From NCBI GenBank assembly GCA_049860595.1, contig CP187551.1: a DNA stretch of 64,000 bases; one strand, written 5' to 3'. Shown here one piece after another: positions 1 through 8,879 of the stretch (the first letter of the stretch is position 1; each line of letters starts with the position of its first letter). Both the position numbers and the translations under genes were made by a program. The notes under the pieces are model-generated. The model had not been told where the DNA came from, did no database searches, and was given only the letters and a program-made list of their open reading frames with translations. This DNA comes from Methanocaldococcus sp. 16A. GTDB lineage: Archaea > AGJL01 > Methanococci > Methanococcales > Methanocaldococcaceae.

Positions 1-104
1 ATGAATATATATACCTTTTGGAAGATTTTCGAACATGAACCATTTGAATATAGCTAAAATAATATGAAATTATCAAAATATAGCTATAGTCTAATATAGT
101 CTAT

Positions 105-170
105 AGAACTTTCACAAGATTGTTGATTCCCTTTAAGCATCTTATTCAATATATAACGTGCGAAAGTCCT
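105..170. repeat. Palindromic interspersed repeat (MITE/MJRE-like family A), short variant, copy 1
   Basis: Ends AGAACTTTCAC...GTGCGAAAGTCCT form a terminal inverted repeat; flanked by identical 9-bp direct repeats ATAGTCTAT (96-104, 171-179). Confidence 0.75.
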
Positions 171-247
171 ATAGTCTATTCAACCACTAATAAAAAATAA
201 AATAGTTGCATAAAACTAAAATTTTAACTAAAAAATTTATTTAGAAT

Positions 248-337
248 AGGATTTTCGCAGTTTATATATTAAATTTGGAACTTTAATACTTTTAGGTGTC
301 TATATTCATAAAATATATTTATTCCTACGAAAGTCCT
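248..337. repeat. Palindromic interspersed repeat family A, copy 2
   Basis: AGGATTTTCGCAG...CTACGAAAGTCCT termini; interior similar to the copies at 16077 and 24515. Confidence 0.85.
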
Positions 338-350
338 ATTAGAAATTCCT

Positions 351-761
351 TTAATTTCTACCATATATAGCATACAACCTGCTAAACTTATCAAGAGTGT
401 TGCATAACTTATTATTTAATATTTCTTCAAGGGTTTCAATAGCCCCTGTAGGACATACTTCTTTACAAATTTCAACATCTCTCTTATAGCATCCATCACA
501 TTTTATTGCTATTCCATCAATTCTTATAGCTCCAAACGGACATGCTAAGGCACATAAACCACATCCAATGCATTTATCTTTTATAACTACTACTTTATCG
601 TCAATCCTCTCTATAGCATTTTCTGGACATGCATATAAGCAGGGATTTTTATCACAATGCATACATTTTATTGGGAATTCGTTAAAGGTGATTCCATTTA
701 TTGGGCAACTTCTCTCGCATCTTCTACAACCAATGCAAGAGCCAATATTAACTACTACCAT
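351..761 (-). CDS. porF: Pyruvate:ferredoxin oxidoreductase-associated 4Fe-4S protein (PorF-like)
   Basis: Multiple CxxCxxCxxxCP motifs; last gene of the por cluster. Confidence 0.75.
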   Translation of the reverse strand: MVVVNIGSCIGCRRCERSCPINGITFNEFPIKCMHCDKNPCLYACPENAIERIDDKVVVIKDKCIGCGLCALACPFGAIRIDGIAIKCDGCYKRDVEICKEVCPTGAIETLEEILNNKLCNTLDKFSRLYAIYGRN

Positions 762-773
762 AATTTCACCAAA

Positions 774-1268
774 TTATGGTTGAACTTTTGCATCTATGGT
801 TATTTTTGAAATTAAGCTGTTATCTGTTTTTTGTGATGGTAGAGACATCTTTCCAAATAAATCTAAGGATTTGTCTCTCTTAGCAAATATTAGCTCATTT
901 ACATCAACAAGCTCTAAGCATCTCTTTGAGCATGCTTTAACACATGCAGGCTCGTCTCCATCGCATAAAATACACTTGTATGCTTTGTCTTCCATTAATA
1001 TAGCACCAAATGGACATGCTAAGGCACATAAACCACATCCAATACAAACTTCCTCATTTAAATATACATAACCATCTTTATGCTCAATTGCTAAGACTGG
1101 GCAGACTTCTTTACATGGAGCTGAAGCACATTGCTGACAAAGAATTGGGATGTATTTACCATCTTTCTCCATTATACTTATTCTTCCTACTTTATTTTTT
1201 TGCATACATGCTTTAACACAATCTCCACAGTTATCACAGTTGTAGTTTGCCATTATTATTTTTTTCAT
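774..1268 (-). CDS. porE: Pyruvate:ferredoxin oxidoreductase-associated 4Fe-4S protein (PorE-like)
   Basis: Ferredoxin-type Cys motifs; start revised to ATG 1268 (MKKIIM), preceded by a GAGGTGA RBS. Confidence 0.75.
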   Translation of the reverse strand: MKKIIMANYNCDNCGDCVKACMQKNKVGRISIMEKDGKYIPILCQQCASAPCKEVCPVLAIEHKDGYVYLNEEVCIGCGLCALACPFGAILMEDKAYKCILCDGDEPACVKACSKRCLELVDVNELIFAKRDKSLDLFGKMSLPSQKTDNSLISKITIDAKVQP

Positions 1269-1312
1269 CTCTATCACCTCTAAATTCAAAAATATAATAG
1301 AAGAAAATGAAA

Positions 1313-1339
1313 GAAACTTTAAAGAAAGTTTCACCAAAA
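1313..1339. repeat. Short palindrome GAAACTTT-AAAG-AAAGTTTC (family B half element)
   Basis: Near-identical motif recurs at 1405-1429. Confidence 0.6.
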
Positions 1340-1402
1340 ATAAATTATTTATATCTCTTTTATAGCCCCAACAACTTACATTTTTCATCAATATATCTCC
1401 AA

Positions 1403-1460
1403 ATGAAACTTTAAGAAAGTTTCATCAAAGCTAACACCTCCTCGCTATGCTCGGAGGTGT
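1403..1460. repeat. Double-hairpin intergenic element (family B, MJRE-like)
   Basis: ATGAAACTTT-AAG-AAAGTTTCAT hairpin followed by a GC-rich ACACCTCC...GGAGGTGT hairpin. Confidence 0.7.
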
Positions 1461-1471
1461 AAATTAAAATA

Positions 1472-2359
1472 TTATAAACCTAACAACTTACACTTTTCGT
1501 CTATATATCTTTGAATTCTTTCAATATCCTCGTCAGTTAAGTGTCTATATCTTTTCTGCATCTTCAAATACTCTCTAACTGGCTTTCTCTTAGCTGGTTT
1601 GTATGTAATTCTAAATTCCCCATTTTCAATCTCATAAAGTGGGAAAACTCCAGTTTCAACAGCCAATCTTCCAATTTCTATTGTTTTTTCTGGAGGATAT
1701 CCCCAACCTGTTGTACAAGGCTGTAATACTTGTATGAATTTAGGCCCTTCGATACTTAAAGCTTTTTTAACCTTTCTCATGAAATCTTCAGGATATGAGA
1801 TGCAAGCAGTAGCTACATAAGGAATGCCATGAGCTGCCATTATCATTGTCATGTCTTTTTTAGGTCTATCCTCTCCTCTAATTTTTGAACCTGCTGGAGA
1901 GGTTGTTGTAGCAGCCATAAATGGAGTTGAGGAACTTCTCTGTATTCCAGTGTTCATGTAAGCTTCGTTATCGTACATAATATACAATATATCGTGCCCT
2001 CTCTCCATAGCACCACTTAATGCCTGAAAACCAATATCTGCTGTTCCACCATCTCCTCCAATAGCTATAACATTTATTTTTTTATCAGCATATTTTCCTC
2101 TCTTTCTTTTTAATGCTTTTACAGCTGCCTCAATACCACTTGCTGTTGCTGCAGCGTTTTCAAATGCTGTATGTATCCACGGAACTCTCCATGATGTTTC
2201 TGGGTAGGGTGTTGTCATAACCTCTAAACATCCAGTAGCGGTTGATATAATTGTGTTTTTTCCAGCCACTTTTAGCAGTAACCTTGCTACAATTGCAGCT
2301 CCACAACCAGCACATCCTCTATGCCCAGGGGCAAAGTATTCCTCTCTTGGAAATTGCAT
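1472..2359 (-). CDS. porB: Pyruvate synthase subunit beta
   Basis: GCAGCG, GGDGG TPP-binding and YMNTGIQRS motifs. Confidence 0.95.
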   Translation of the reverse strand: MQFPREEYFAPGHRGCAGCGAAIVARLLLKVAGKNTIISTATGCLEVMTTPYPETSWRVPWIHTAFENAAATASGIEAAVKALKRKRGKYADKKINVIAIGGDGGTADIGFQALSGAMERGHDILYIMYDNEAYMNTGIQRSSSTPFMAATTTSPAGSKIRGEDRPKKDMTMIMAAHGIPYVATACISYPEDFMRKVKKALSIEGPKFIQVLQPCTTGWGYPPEKTIEIGRLAVETGVFPLYEIENGEFRITYKPAKRKPVREYLKMQKRYRHLTDEDIERIQRYIDEKCKLLGL

Positions 2360-2404
2360 TACAATCACCTTATAAAAATTATTAAATTAAATTATTAGTA
2401 GTAT

Positions 2405-3574
2405 TTACTCTTTTAATCCAATCCAAACAGTTTCATCATCTTCTGCCTTTTCAACATGGTTAATTATTGTTTTTATATCCTCTACCTTAATATCTCTTCC
2501 ACCCAATCCAACAATGTAGTTGCAAACCTTCTTATTCTTTAAAATTGATGCCATTTCAATTCCTAAAGCTCCCTTATTAAATCCAAATGAGATATTTTTA
2601 TCTAACACAGCTATATTTTCTGCATCTTTTAAAAGTTCCTTAACGTCTTCTTTTGGGAATGGTCTATAAGTTTTTATCCTCAACAATCCAACTTCTTTTC
2701 CTTCTTTTTTAAGCTCATCAATAACATGCTTTATAGTTCCACAAACAGAACCCATTGCTACTAAAATTGTATCTGCATTATCTAAGTTGTATGCCTCAAG
2801 TAATCCATTTCCATATTTTCTCTTAAATCTTTCAGCAAACTCCTCATTAACTTCTTTAATTACTTTCTTAGCTCTCTCCATAGCTTCCTCTATTTGCTTT
2901 CTTGTTTCCATGTAGCAATCTGGAACTCCTACAGGTCCTTGAGTTATTGGCCTATCAGGGTCTAAATATGCGTGTTTTGGCTCATAAACTCCTAAGAATT
3001 CTCTAACTCTCTCTGCTTTTGGAATTGTTACTGGCTCTACTGTATGCGTTAATATAAATCCATCTAAACAAACCATAACTGGCAATAAAACATCTTCATT
3101 CTCAGCTATTTTGTAAGCTTGAATAATGCTATCGAGTGTTTCTTGGTTATCTTCAACATATATCTGAATCCATCCACTATCTCTCTCTGCTATTGAATCT
3201 TGGTGGTCGTTCCATATATTTATAGGAGCTGATAAAGCTCTGTTAGCAACCATCATAACTATTGGTAATCTCATTCCAGAGGCTATAAATAACATTTCAT
3301 GCATCAAAGCTAAACCCTGTGAAGCTGTTGCTGTAAATGTCCTTGCTCCAGTTGCAGCAGCTCCAATACAGGCAGACATTGCTGAGTGCTCGCTCTCTAC
3401 TTTTATATATTCAGCATCCAACTCTCCATTAGCTACAAACTCAGCTAACTTCTCAACACATGTTGTCTGAGGAGTTATTGGATAAGCAGCTATAACATCA
3501 ACATCAGCTAATTTAGCCGCTTCAGCAGCTGCTGAAGTCCCTGTAATAACTTTAACTTCACACATCTTTTCCAC
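2405..3574 (-). CDS. porA: Pyruvate synthase subunit alpha
   Basis: YPITP, ESEHSA, ATASQG motifs. Confidence 0.95.
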   Translation of the reverse strand: MEKMCEVKVITGTSAAAEAAKLADVDVIAAYPITPQTTCVEKLAEFVANGELDAEYIKVESEHSAMSACIGAAATGARTFTATASQGLALMHEMLFIASGMRLPIVMMVANRALSAPINIWNDHQDSIAERDSGWIQIYVEDNQETLDSIIQAYKIAENEDVLLPVMVCLDGFILTHTVEPVTIPKAERVREFLGVYEPKHAYLDPDRPITQGPVGVPDCYMETRKQIEEAMERAKKVIKEVNEEFAERFKRKYGNGLLEAYNLDNADTILVAMGSVCGTIKHVIDELKKEGKEVGLLRIKTYRPFPKEDVKELLKDAENIAVLDKNISFGFNKGALGIEMASILKNKKVCNYIVGLGGRDIKVEDIKTIINHVEKAEDDETVWIGLKE

Positions 3575-3589
3575 CTTTAATTATTTAAT

Positions 3590-3850
3590 TTATTTCTCTT
3601 CTCTAACCTTTGTTATTGCATTTACAGGACATTCATTCATACAAATTAAACATCCTTTACAGTAATCATAGTCTATTTTAAAGTTTCCATTTTCATCTTC
3701 TTGAATAGCTCCTTCAGGGCAGAATATATAACAATTTTCACACTTTACACATTTTTCGTTGTCTAAAATTGGTCTAAAAGTTCTCCAGCCCCCAGTCTTG
3801 TTTTTAATTGAATTTCCAGCCTCATATATAATAGCTGCAATTGTAACCAT
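3590..3850 (-). CDS. porD: Pyruvate synthase subunit delta
   Basis: TGGWR motif; 2x[4Fe-4S] motifs; DYDYCKGC. Confidence 0.95.
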   Translation of the reverse strand: MVTIAAIIYEAGNSIKNKTGGWRTFRPILDNEKCVKCENCYIFCPEGAIQEDENGNFKIDYDYCKGCLICMNECPVNAITKVREEK

Positions 3851-3868
3851 TCAATCCACCTCAATAGT

Positions 3869-4405
3869 TTATCCATATTTTTTTAACATCTCATTGTAAG
3901 CTACTTCAGCAGCTTTGGCATTCTTCTCTCCCAATTTTCCTTTGAATGTGTCTAATATAGCTTTTTTAACTGATTCTAATGTAACTAATTTTGTAGCTCC
4001 AGCAAATGCTCCGACCATTGCAGTATTTACTATAGGAATTCCTAAAACATCTAAAGCTATTCCTGTAGCATCAATTGTATATGTTTTAAATCCTAAATCT
4101 AAATCATCTTTAACGGTGTTAATTACAACAGCACCATTTTCCTTTAACCCCTCAACAACATTAACACTTTCAAGCAGTGTAGCATCTTGAACTACAACAT
4201 AATCTGGGTTGTAGATTTGACTTCTCAATCTGATTTTTTTATCATCTATTCTTGTAAATGCCATAACTGGAGCTCCTCTTCTCTCAACACCAAAGAATGG
4301 AAATGCTTGGCAATATTTTCCATCATAAAAAGCAGCTTTAGCTAATATTTGAGCGGCAGTAACAGCACCTTGCCCTCCTCTTCCGTGAAATCTAATTTCT
4401 ATCAT
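3869..4405 (-). CDS. porC: Pyruvate synthase subunit gamma
   Basis: HGRGGQG and ERRGAPV motifs. Confidence 0.95.
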
Positions 4406-4540
4406 ACGCTCACCCTAAATTGTCATTATCAATCATTAACAATTGCAAAGGTACTATATAAAGTTTTGGAGATTAAGTTAATTGACGAAAATGATTTAGA
4501 CATAGATAAAAATTTTATATGGAAATTTTTATATACTGAA

Positions 4541-4560
4541 ATGTTAAATAAACTTGACAT
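4541..4560. promoter_or_regulatory. Putative operator palindrome for the downstream XRE regulator
   Basis: ATGTTAA-N6-TTGACAT inverted repeat (1 mismatch) just upstream of the RBS of a membrane protein/XRE pair. Confidence 0.5.
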
Positions 4561-4572
4561 AATATAAATGAG

Positions 4573-5139
4573 GTGAATGCTATGAATAAAATTATTCTTG
4601 GATTTTTTGTAGGGTTTTTAGTAACGGCATCAACAATTTTACTTGTATTTTTGAATTTAGGGGAAGTAGCAAATTTATTAATATTTTTAATAATATTTGG
4701 AGTATTTATCTACACTGCTAAAAAGAATCATCCGTTATTTGGAGATAAAGGAGAGCAATTAATGATTCTTTTAGTGGGAGCATTATGTGGATTATTTTGG
4801 TTTTTTGAAGTTTATTTATCTTTTAAATTCAAAAATTTTATGTCATTTGGTGTATATATTATATTATTCTCAGCAATTGTTGAGATGATAGTTAAAAAAT
4901 CAAAAAAGATTAGAATAGATGAAGAGCTTATTGATGAATTAAAAATAACTATTTCAGAAAAAAGTGCATTTAAGGCAATGTTTTCATTTATAATTTCATA
5001 TGTAGTGCTTTGGTATCTATCAATCTCTTCTGGATTAAATTTAAAAATTTCTATTTCTAATGTGTCTTTTTTACCACTAATGCTTTTAATCTCACAGTTT
5101 ATAATTTTTAAGGTATATTATACTTTAAAATTTAGTTAG
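4573..5139 (+). CDS. Membrane protein, DUF2178-like
   Basis: Several hydrophobic helices; DE..I.EKSA..A pattern; adjacent to a short XRE gene. Confidence 0.6.
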   Translation: MNAMNKIILGFFVGFLVTASTILLVFLNLGEVANLLIFLIIFGVFIYTAKKNHPLFGDKGEQLMILLVGALCGLFWFFEVYLSFKFKNFMSFGVYIILFSAIVEMIVKKSKKIRIDEELIDELKITISEKSAFKAMFSFIISYVVLWYLSISSGLNLKISISNVSFLPLMLLISQFIIFKVYYTLKFS

Positions 5140-5273
5140 GTGGTTCTATAAATTTACTAAAATAAAACCTATTTTAGCTATCGATATTTTAGCAGTTAAT
5201 TATTTACTCTATTAAAAATCTGAGGATGGTATTATATTCTCTATTTATACTTAAAAGTTCTTATAGTGAAAAA

Positions 5274-5474
5274 ATGAAAAATAAACTAAAATATTTCAGA
5301 GCTTTACATAATCTAACTCAAGAAGATTTAGCAAAAAAATTGGGGGTTAGTAGGCAAACAATTATAGCTATAGAAAAAGGAAAGTACTGTCCATCGCTAA
5401 AATTGGCATTTAAAATAGCAAAATTTTTTGGAGTTAAGATTGAAGATATATTTATTTATGATGAAGATGAATGA
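5274..5474 (+). CDS. XRE-family helix-turn-helix transcriptional regulator (COG1476-like)
   Basis: LTQEDLAKKLGVSRQTIIAIEKG...PSLKLA; start revised to ATG 5274. Confidence 0.9.
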   Translation: MKNKLKYFRALHNLTQEDLAKKLGVSRQTIIAIEKGKYCPSLKLAFKIAKFFGVKIEDIFIYDEDE

Positions 5475-5557
5475 TTGATAGTATATTTAAGAAATTAATA
5501 AGCATTAGAATTTTATAAATCCAAATTACAATCTAATTTGTCTAAGAAAATATTTTA

Positions 5558-5866
5558 ATGGTGAGAAAAGTGATTAAAGAAGTAACTGAGGAAAAATTAG
5601 AAAATTACTTTAAAAGAACTGAGGAAGCTATAAAAATCATTAAAAAAGGTTTGCCACCAAAGAGGAGTTTATTGTATGATGTAGCTAAAGATTTTTTATT
5701 GATGATAGAGAGTTATTTTGAAGATGCTAAAGCATTTAAAGAGAGAGGAGACTATGTAACTGCATTTGCCTCATTAAATTATGCCTATGGCTGGATTGAT
5801 GCAGGTGTTAGATTAGGAATTTTTGATGTTGGAGATGATGATGTAAGATTTACACTTGCTAAATAA
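5558..5866 (+). CDS. DUF357 domain protein
   Basis: SYFEDA...YAYGWIDAG motif. Confidence 0.8.
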   Translation: MVRKVIKEVTEEKLENYFKRTEEAIKIIKKGLPPKRSLLYDVAKDFLLMIESYFEDAKAFKERGDYVTAFASLNYAYGWIDAGVRLGIFDVGDDDVRFTLAK

Positions 5867-5924
5867 AATTTTTATATCTAATCAACTTACTATGAAATGG
5901 ATAAAATGTTGATTTGGTGAGAGT

Positions 5925-7181
5925 ATGGAAAGTTACATACAAAACTTATTTGCTGAGAGAATTGGTGGAAAAAAGTTTGGAAAAGAAGATGTAATTTACA
6001 AGTTTGAAAAGATAAAGAGAGCTAAGCAAGAAGCTATGAAAAGACATCCAGACATGGAATTAATAGACATGGGGGTTGGGGAGCCAGATGAAATGGCAGA
6101 CCCAGAAGTTATAAGAGTTTTGTGTGAAGAAGCTAAAAAATGGGAAAATAGAGGATATGCAGATAACGGAATTCAGGAGTTAAAAGATGCCGTACCTCCT
6201 TACATGGAAAAAGTTTATGGTGTTAAAGATATAGACCCAGTTAATGAGGTTATACACTCAATGGGTTCAAAGCCAGCATTGGCATATATAACCTCAGCAT
6301 TTATAAATCCTGGAGATGTTTGTTTAATGACAGTTCCTGGCTATCCAGTTACAGCAACACACACAAAATGGTATGGGGGGGAAGTTTATAATTTACCTTT
6401 ATTAGAGGAAAACAACTTTTTACCAGATTTAGAGAGCATTCCAGAGGATATTAAGAAGAGAGCAAAAATACTCTATCTCAATTATCCAAACAACCCAACA
6501 GGAGCTCAGGCAACAAAAAAGTTTTACAAAGAAGTTGTAGATTTTGCATTTGAAAATGAGGTTATTGTTGTTCAAGATGCTGCTTATGGAGCTTTGGTTT
6601 ATGATGGAAAGCCTCTCTCATTTTTATCAGTTAAAGATGCAAAAGAGGTTGGAGTTGAAATCCACAGCTTCTCAAAGGCATTTAACATGACTGGTTGGAG
6701 ATTAGCATTTTTAGTAGGAAATGAGCTTATAATTAAAGCGTTTGCAACTGTAAAGGATAACTTTGATAGCGGGCAATTTATTCCAATCCAAAAAGCTGGA
6801 ATATACTGTTTGCAACATCCAGAAATTACTGAAAGAATCAGACAGAAATATGAGAGAAGGTTAAGAAAGATGGTTAAGATATTAAATGAAGTTGGATTCA
6901 AAGCAAGAATGCCTGGAGGAACATTCTATTTATATGTTAAATCACCAAGAAGAGCTAATGGCATTGAATTTGAAACTGCAGAAGATTTCTCACAATATTT
7001 AATTAAAGAGAAGCTTATTTCAACAGTTCCATGGGATGATGCTGGACATTATTTAAGATTAGCTGCTTGCTTTGTAGCAAGAGATGAAAATGGAAATCCT
7101 ACAACAGAAGAAAAGTATGAAGATATAGTTTTAGAAGAATTTAAGAGAAGATTAGAAGATTTAGATTTGGAGTTTGAATAA
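5925..7181 (+). CDS. dapL: LL-diaminopimelate aminotransferase
   Basis: Class I PLP aminotransferase (NYPNNPTG, DAAY, SFSKAFNMTGWR) with a DapL-type N-terminus. Confidence 0.8.
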   Translation: MESYIQNLFAERIGGKKFGKEDVIYKFEKIKRAKQEAMKRHPDMELIDMGVGEPDEMADPEVIRVLCEEAKKWENRGYADNGIQELKDAVPPYMEKVYGVKDIDPVNEVIHSMGSKPALAYITSAFINPGDVCLMTVPGYPVTATHTKWYGGEVYNLPLLEENNFLPDLESIPEDIKKRAKILYLNYPNNPTGAQATKKFYKEVVDFAFENEVIVVQDAAYGALVYDGKPLSFLSVKDAKEVGVEIHSFSKAFNMTGWRLAFLVGNELIIKAFATVKDNFDSGQFIPIQKAGIYCLQHPEITERIRQKYERRLRKMVKILNEVGFKARMPGGTFYLYVKSPRRANGIEFETAEDFSQYLIKEKLISTVPWDDAGHYLRLAACFVARDENGNPTTEEKYEDIVLEEFKRRLEDLDLEFE

Positions 7182-7270
7182 GTTTTTATATTTTTTCTTA
7201 GAGTTATTTTTTAATTTATTTTATTTAAGTAAGACTTTTTATAATTGAATATAATTTGTGAATATCCCAT

Positions 7271-8518
7271 TTAAGTTCCCTCTCTCCAATCTTCTAAATA
7301 TCTTTTCTGCTCTTCAGTTAATTCATCTATCTCAATTCCCATAGATTTTAGCTTTAGAGAGGCAATCATCAAATCTTGCTCATAAGGAATGTTATAAACT
7401 CTTGGCTCTAATTTATCATGGTTCTTTAAAATATATTCAGCCCCTAAAGCTTGGTTTGCAAAGCTCATATCCATAACTTCACATGGATGTCCATCTGCAC
7501 ATGCTAAATTAACCAATCTTCCTTCTCCTAATAGGTATATTTTCTTATCTCCTAAATCATATTCAGTTACACAATTTCTAACTTCTTTTATTGATTTAGC
7601 TAACTCCTCTAAGTGCTTTTTATTAATTTCATTGTCAAAGTGTCCAGCATTTGCTAAGATGGCTCCATTTTTCATCTTTAATATGTGTTCTTTTCTAATA
7701 ACATCTTTACATCCAGTTGTTGTTATAAATATATCTCCAATCTCTGCAGCTTTTTCCATTTTCATGACTCTAAATCCATCCATTCTTGCCTCTAAAGCTC
7801 TAATAGGGTTTATTTCAGTAACAACAACTTCAGCTCCTAATCCCTTGGCTCTCATTGCTACTCCTCTACCACACCATCCATAACCTGCAACTACAACTGT
7901 TTTTCCAGCAATTAATAAGTTTGTAGCTCTCAAAATCCCATCTAAGGCACTCTGTCCAGTACCATATCTGTTGTCAAATAGATGTTTTGTGTATGCATCA
8001 TTTACATCCATAACTGGGAATTTTAAAGCTCCTTCTTTCTCCATTGCTTTAAGCCTTATAATTCCAGTTGTTGTTTCCTCACAACCTCCCAAAATTTTAT
8101 CTAAAAGCTCTGTTCTCTTTGTATGCAACAAAAATATTAAATCGCAACCATCATCTATAATAATATCTGGCTTATGGTCTAAGACTTTGTTTAAATTAGC
8201 GTAGTATTCTTCAACAGTCTCTCCTCTCCATGCATAGACGTGCATACCTTTCTTAGCACATGCTGCAGCAACATCATCTTGAGTAGAAAGAGGATTACAA
8301 CCAGTTATAGCAATTTCTGCTCCTCCCTTCATTAAAGTTTCTGCTAAAACAGCTGTCTTTGCCTCTAAATGCAAAGCCATTCCTATTGTTATTCCTTCAA
8401 ATGGTTTTTCTTCTTTAAATCTCTCTCTAATTAAACCTAAAACAGGCATGTGTTGTTTTGCCCATTGGATTTTTCTCTCTCCTTCTTTCCAAAGGTTTAT
8501 ATCCCTAACTTCATACAT
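7271..8518 (-). CDS. ahcY: Adenosylhomocysteinase (S-inosyl-homocysteine hydrolase type in methanogens)
   Basis: [30 protein letters not shown] motifs. Confidence 0.95.
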   Translation of the reverse strand: MYEVRDINLWKEGERKIQWAKQHMPVLGLIRERFKEEKPFEGITIGMALHLEAKTAVLAETLMKGGAEIAITGCNPLSTQDDVAAACAKKGMHVYAWRGETVEEYYANLNKVLDHKPDIIIDDGCDLIFLLHTKRTELLDKILGGCEETTTGIIRLKAMEKEGALKFPVMDVNDAYTKHLFDNRYGTGQSALDGILRATNLLIAGKTVVVAGYGWCGRGVAMRAKGLGAEVVVTEINPIRALEARMDGFRVMKMEKAAEIGDIFITTTGCKDVIRKEHILKMKNGAILANAGHFDNEINKKHLEELAKSIKEVRNCVTEYDLGDKKIYLLGEGRLVNLACADGHPCEVMDMSFANQALGAEYILKNHDKLEPRVYNIPYEQDLMIASLKLKSMGIEIDELTEEQKRYLEDWREGT

Positions 8519-8879
8519 ACATTTCACCTAAAAATTATTTTTAAAAATTAGTAGAATAGCAATGATATATAAATTACTATTTGTATATTTTTTCATAATT
8601 TGTTAATTTTGAATATGTAAATTTATATTTCATTATCTTATTATATCATATTCTCTTGGTTTTAAACTTGAAATATAGTAAAACTTCCATAGAAATGAAT
8701 ATGTGTTATCCTTCAACATAATTATCAATACAACAAAATTAAGGTGTGTGGTAAAAGAAAATTTGTTCTAATTACTGCCATCATTTTCTAATAAAATCTG
8801 GATGTGGGAGATAAATATGGTTTTATAAACTTAAAGAAAAAACTATAAAAAATAAGAAACAAAAAAGGCAGGGATATAT

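Noticed and set aside
1269-1391. N-terminal extension of porE given by the ORF track
   Set aside because: Runs through palindromic intergenic DNA; the RBS precedes ATG 1268
4349-4567. 72-aa plus-strand ORF overlapping the porC start
   Set aside because: Spans the divergent promoter region; no RBS or motif
8530-8879. Degenerate CRISPR repeat or gene remnant upstream of ago (e.g. TAAAATCTGG near 8792)
   Set aside because: Match limited to about 7 nt in AT-rich DNA; no second copy and no credible ORF
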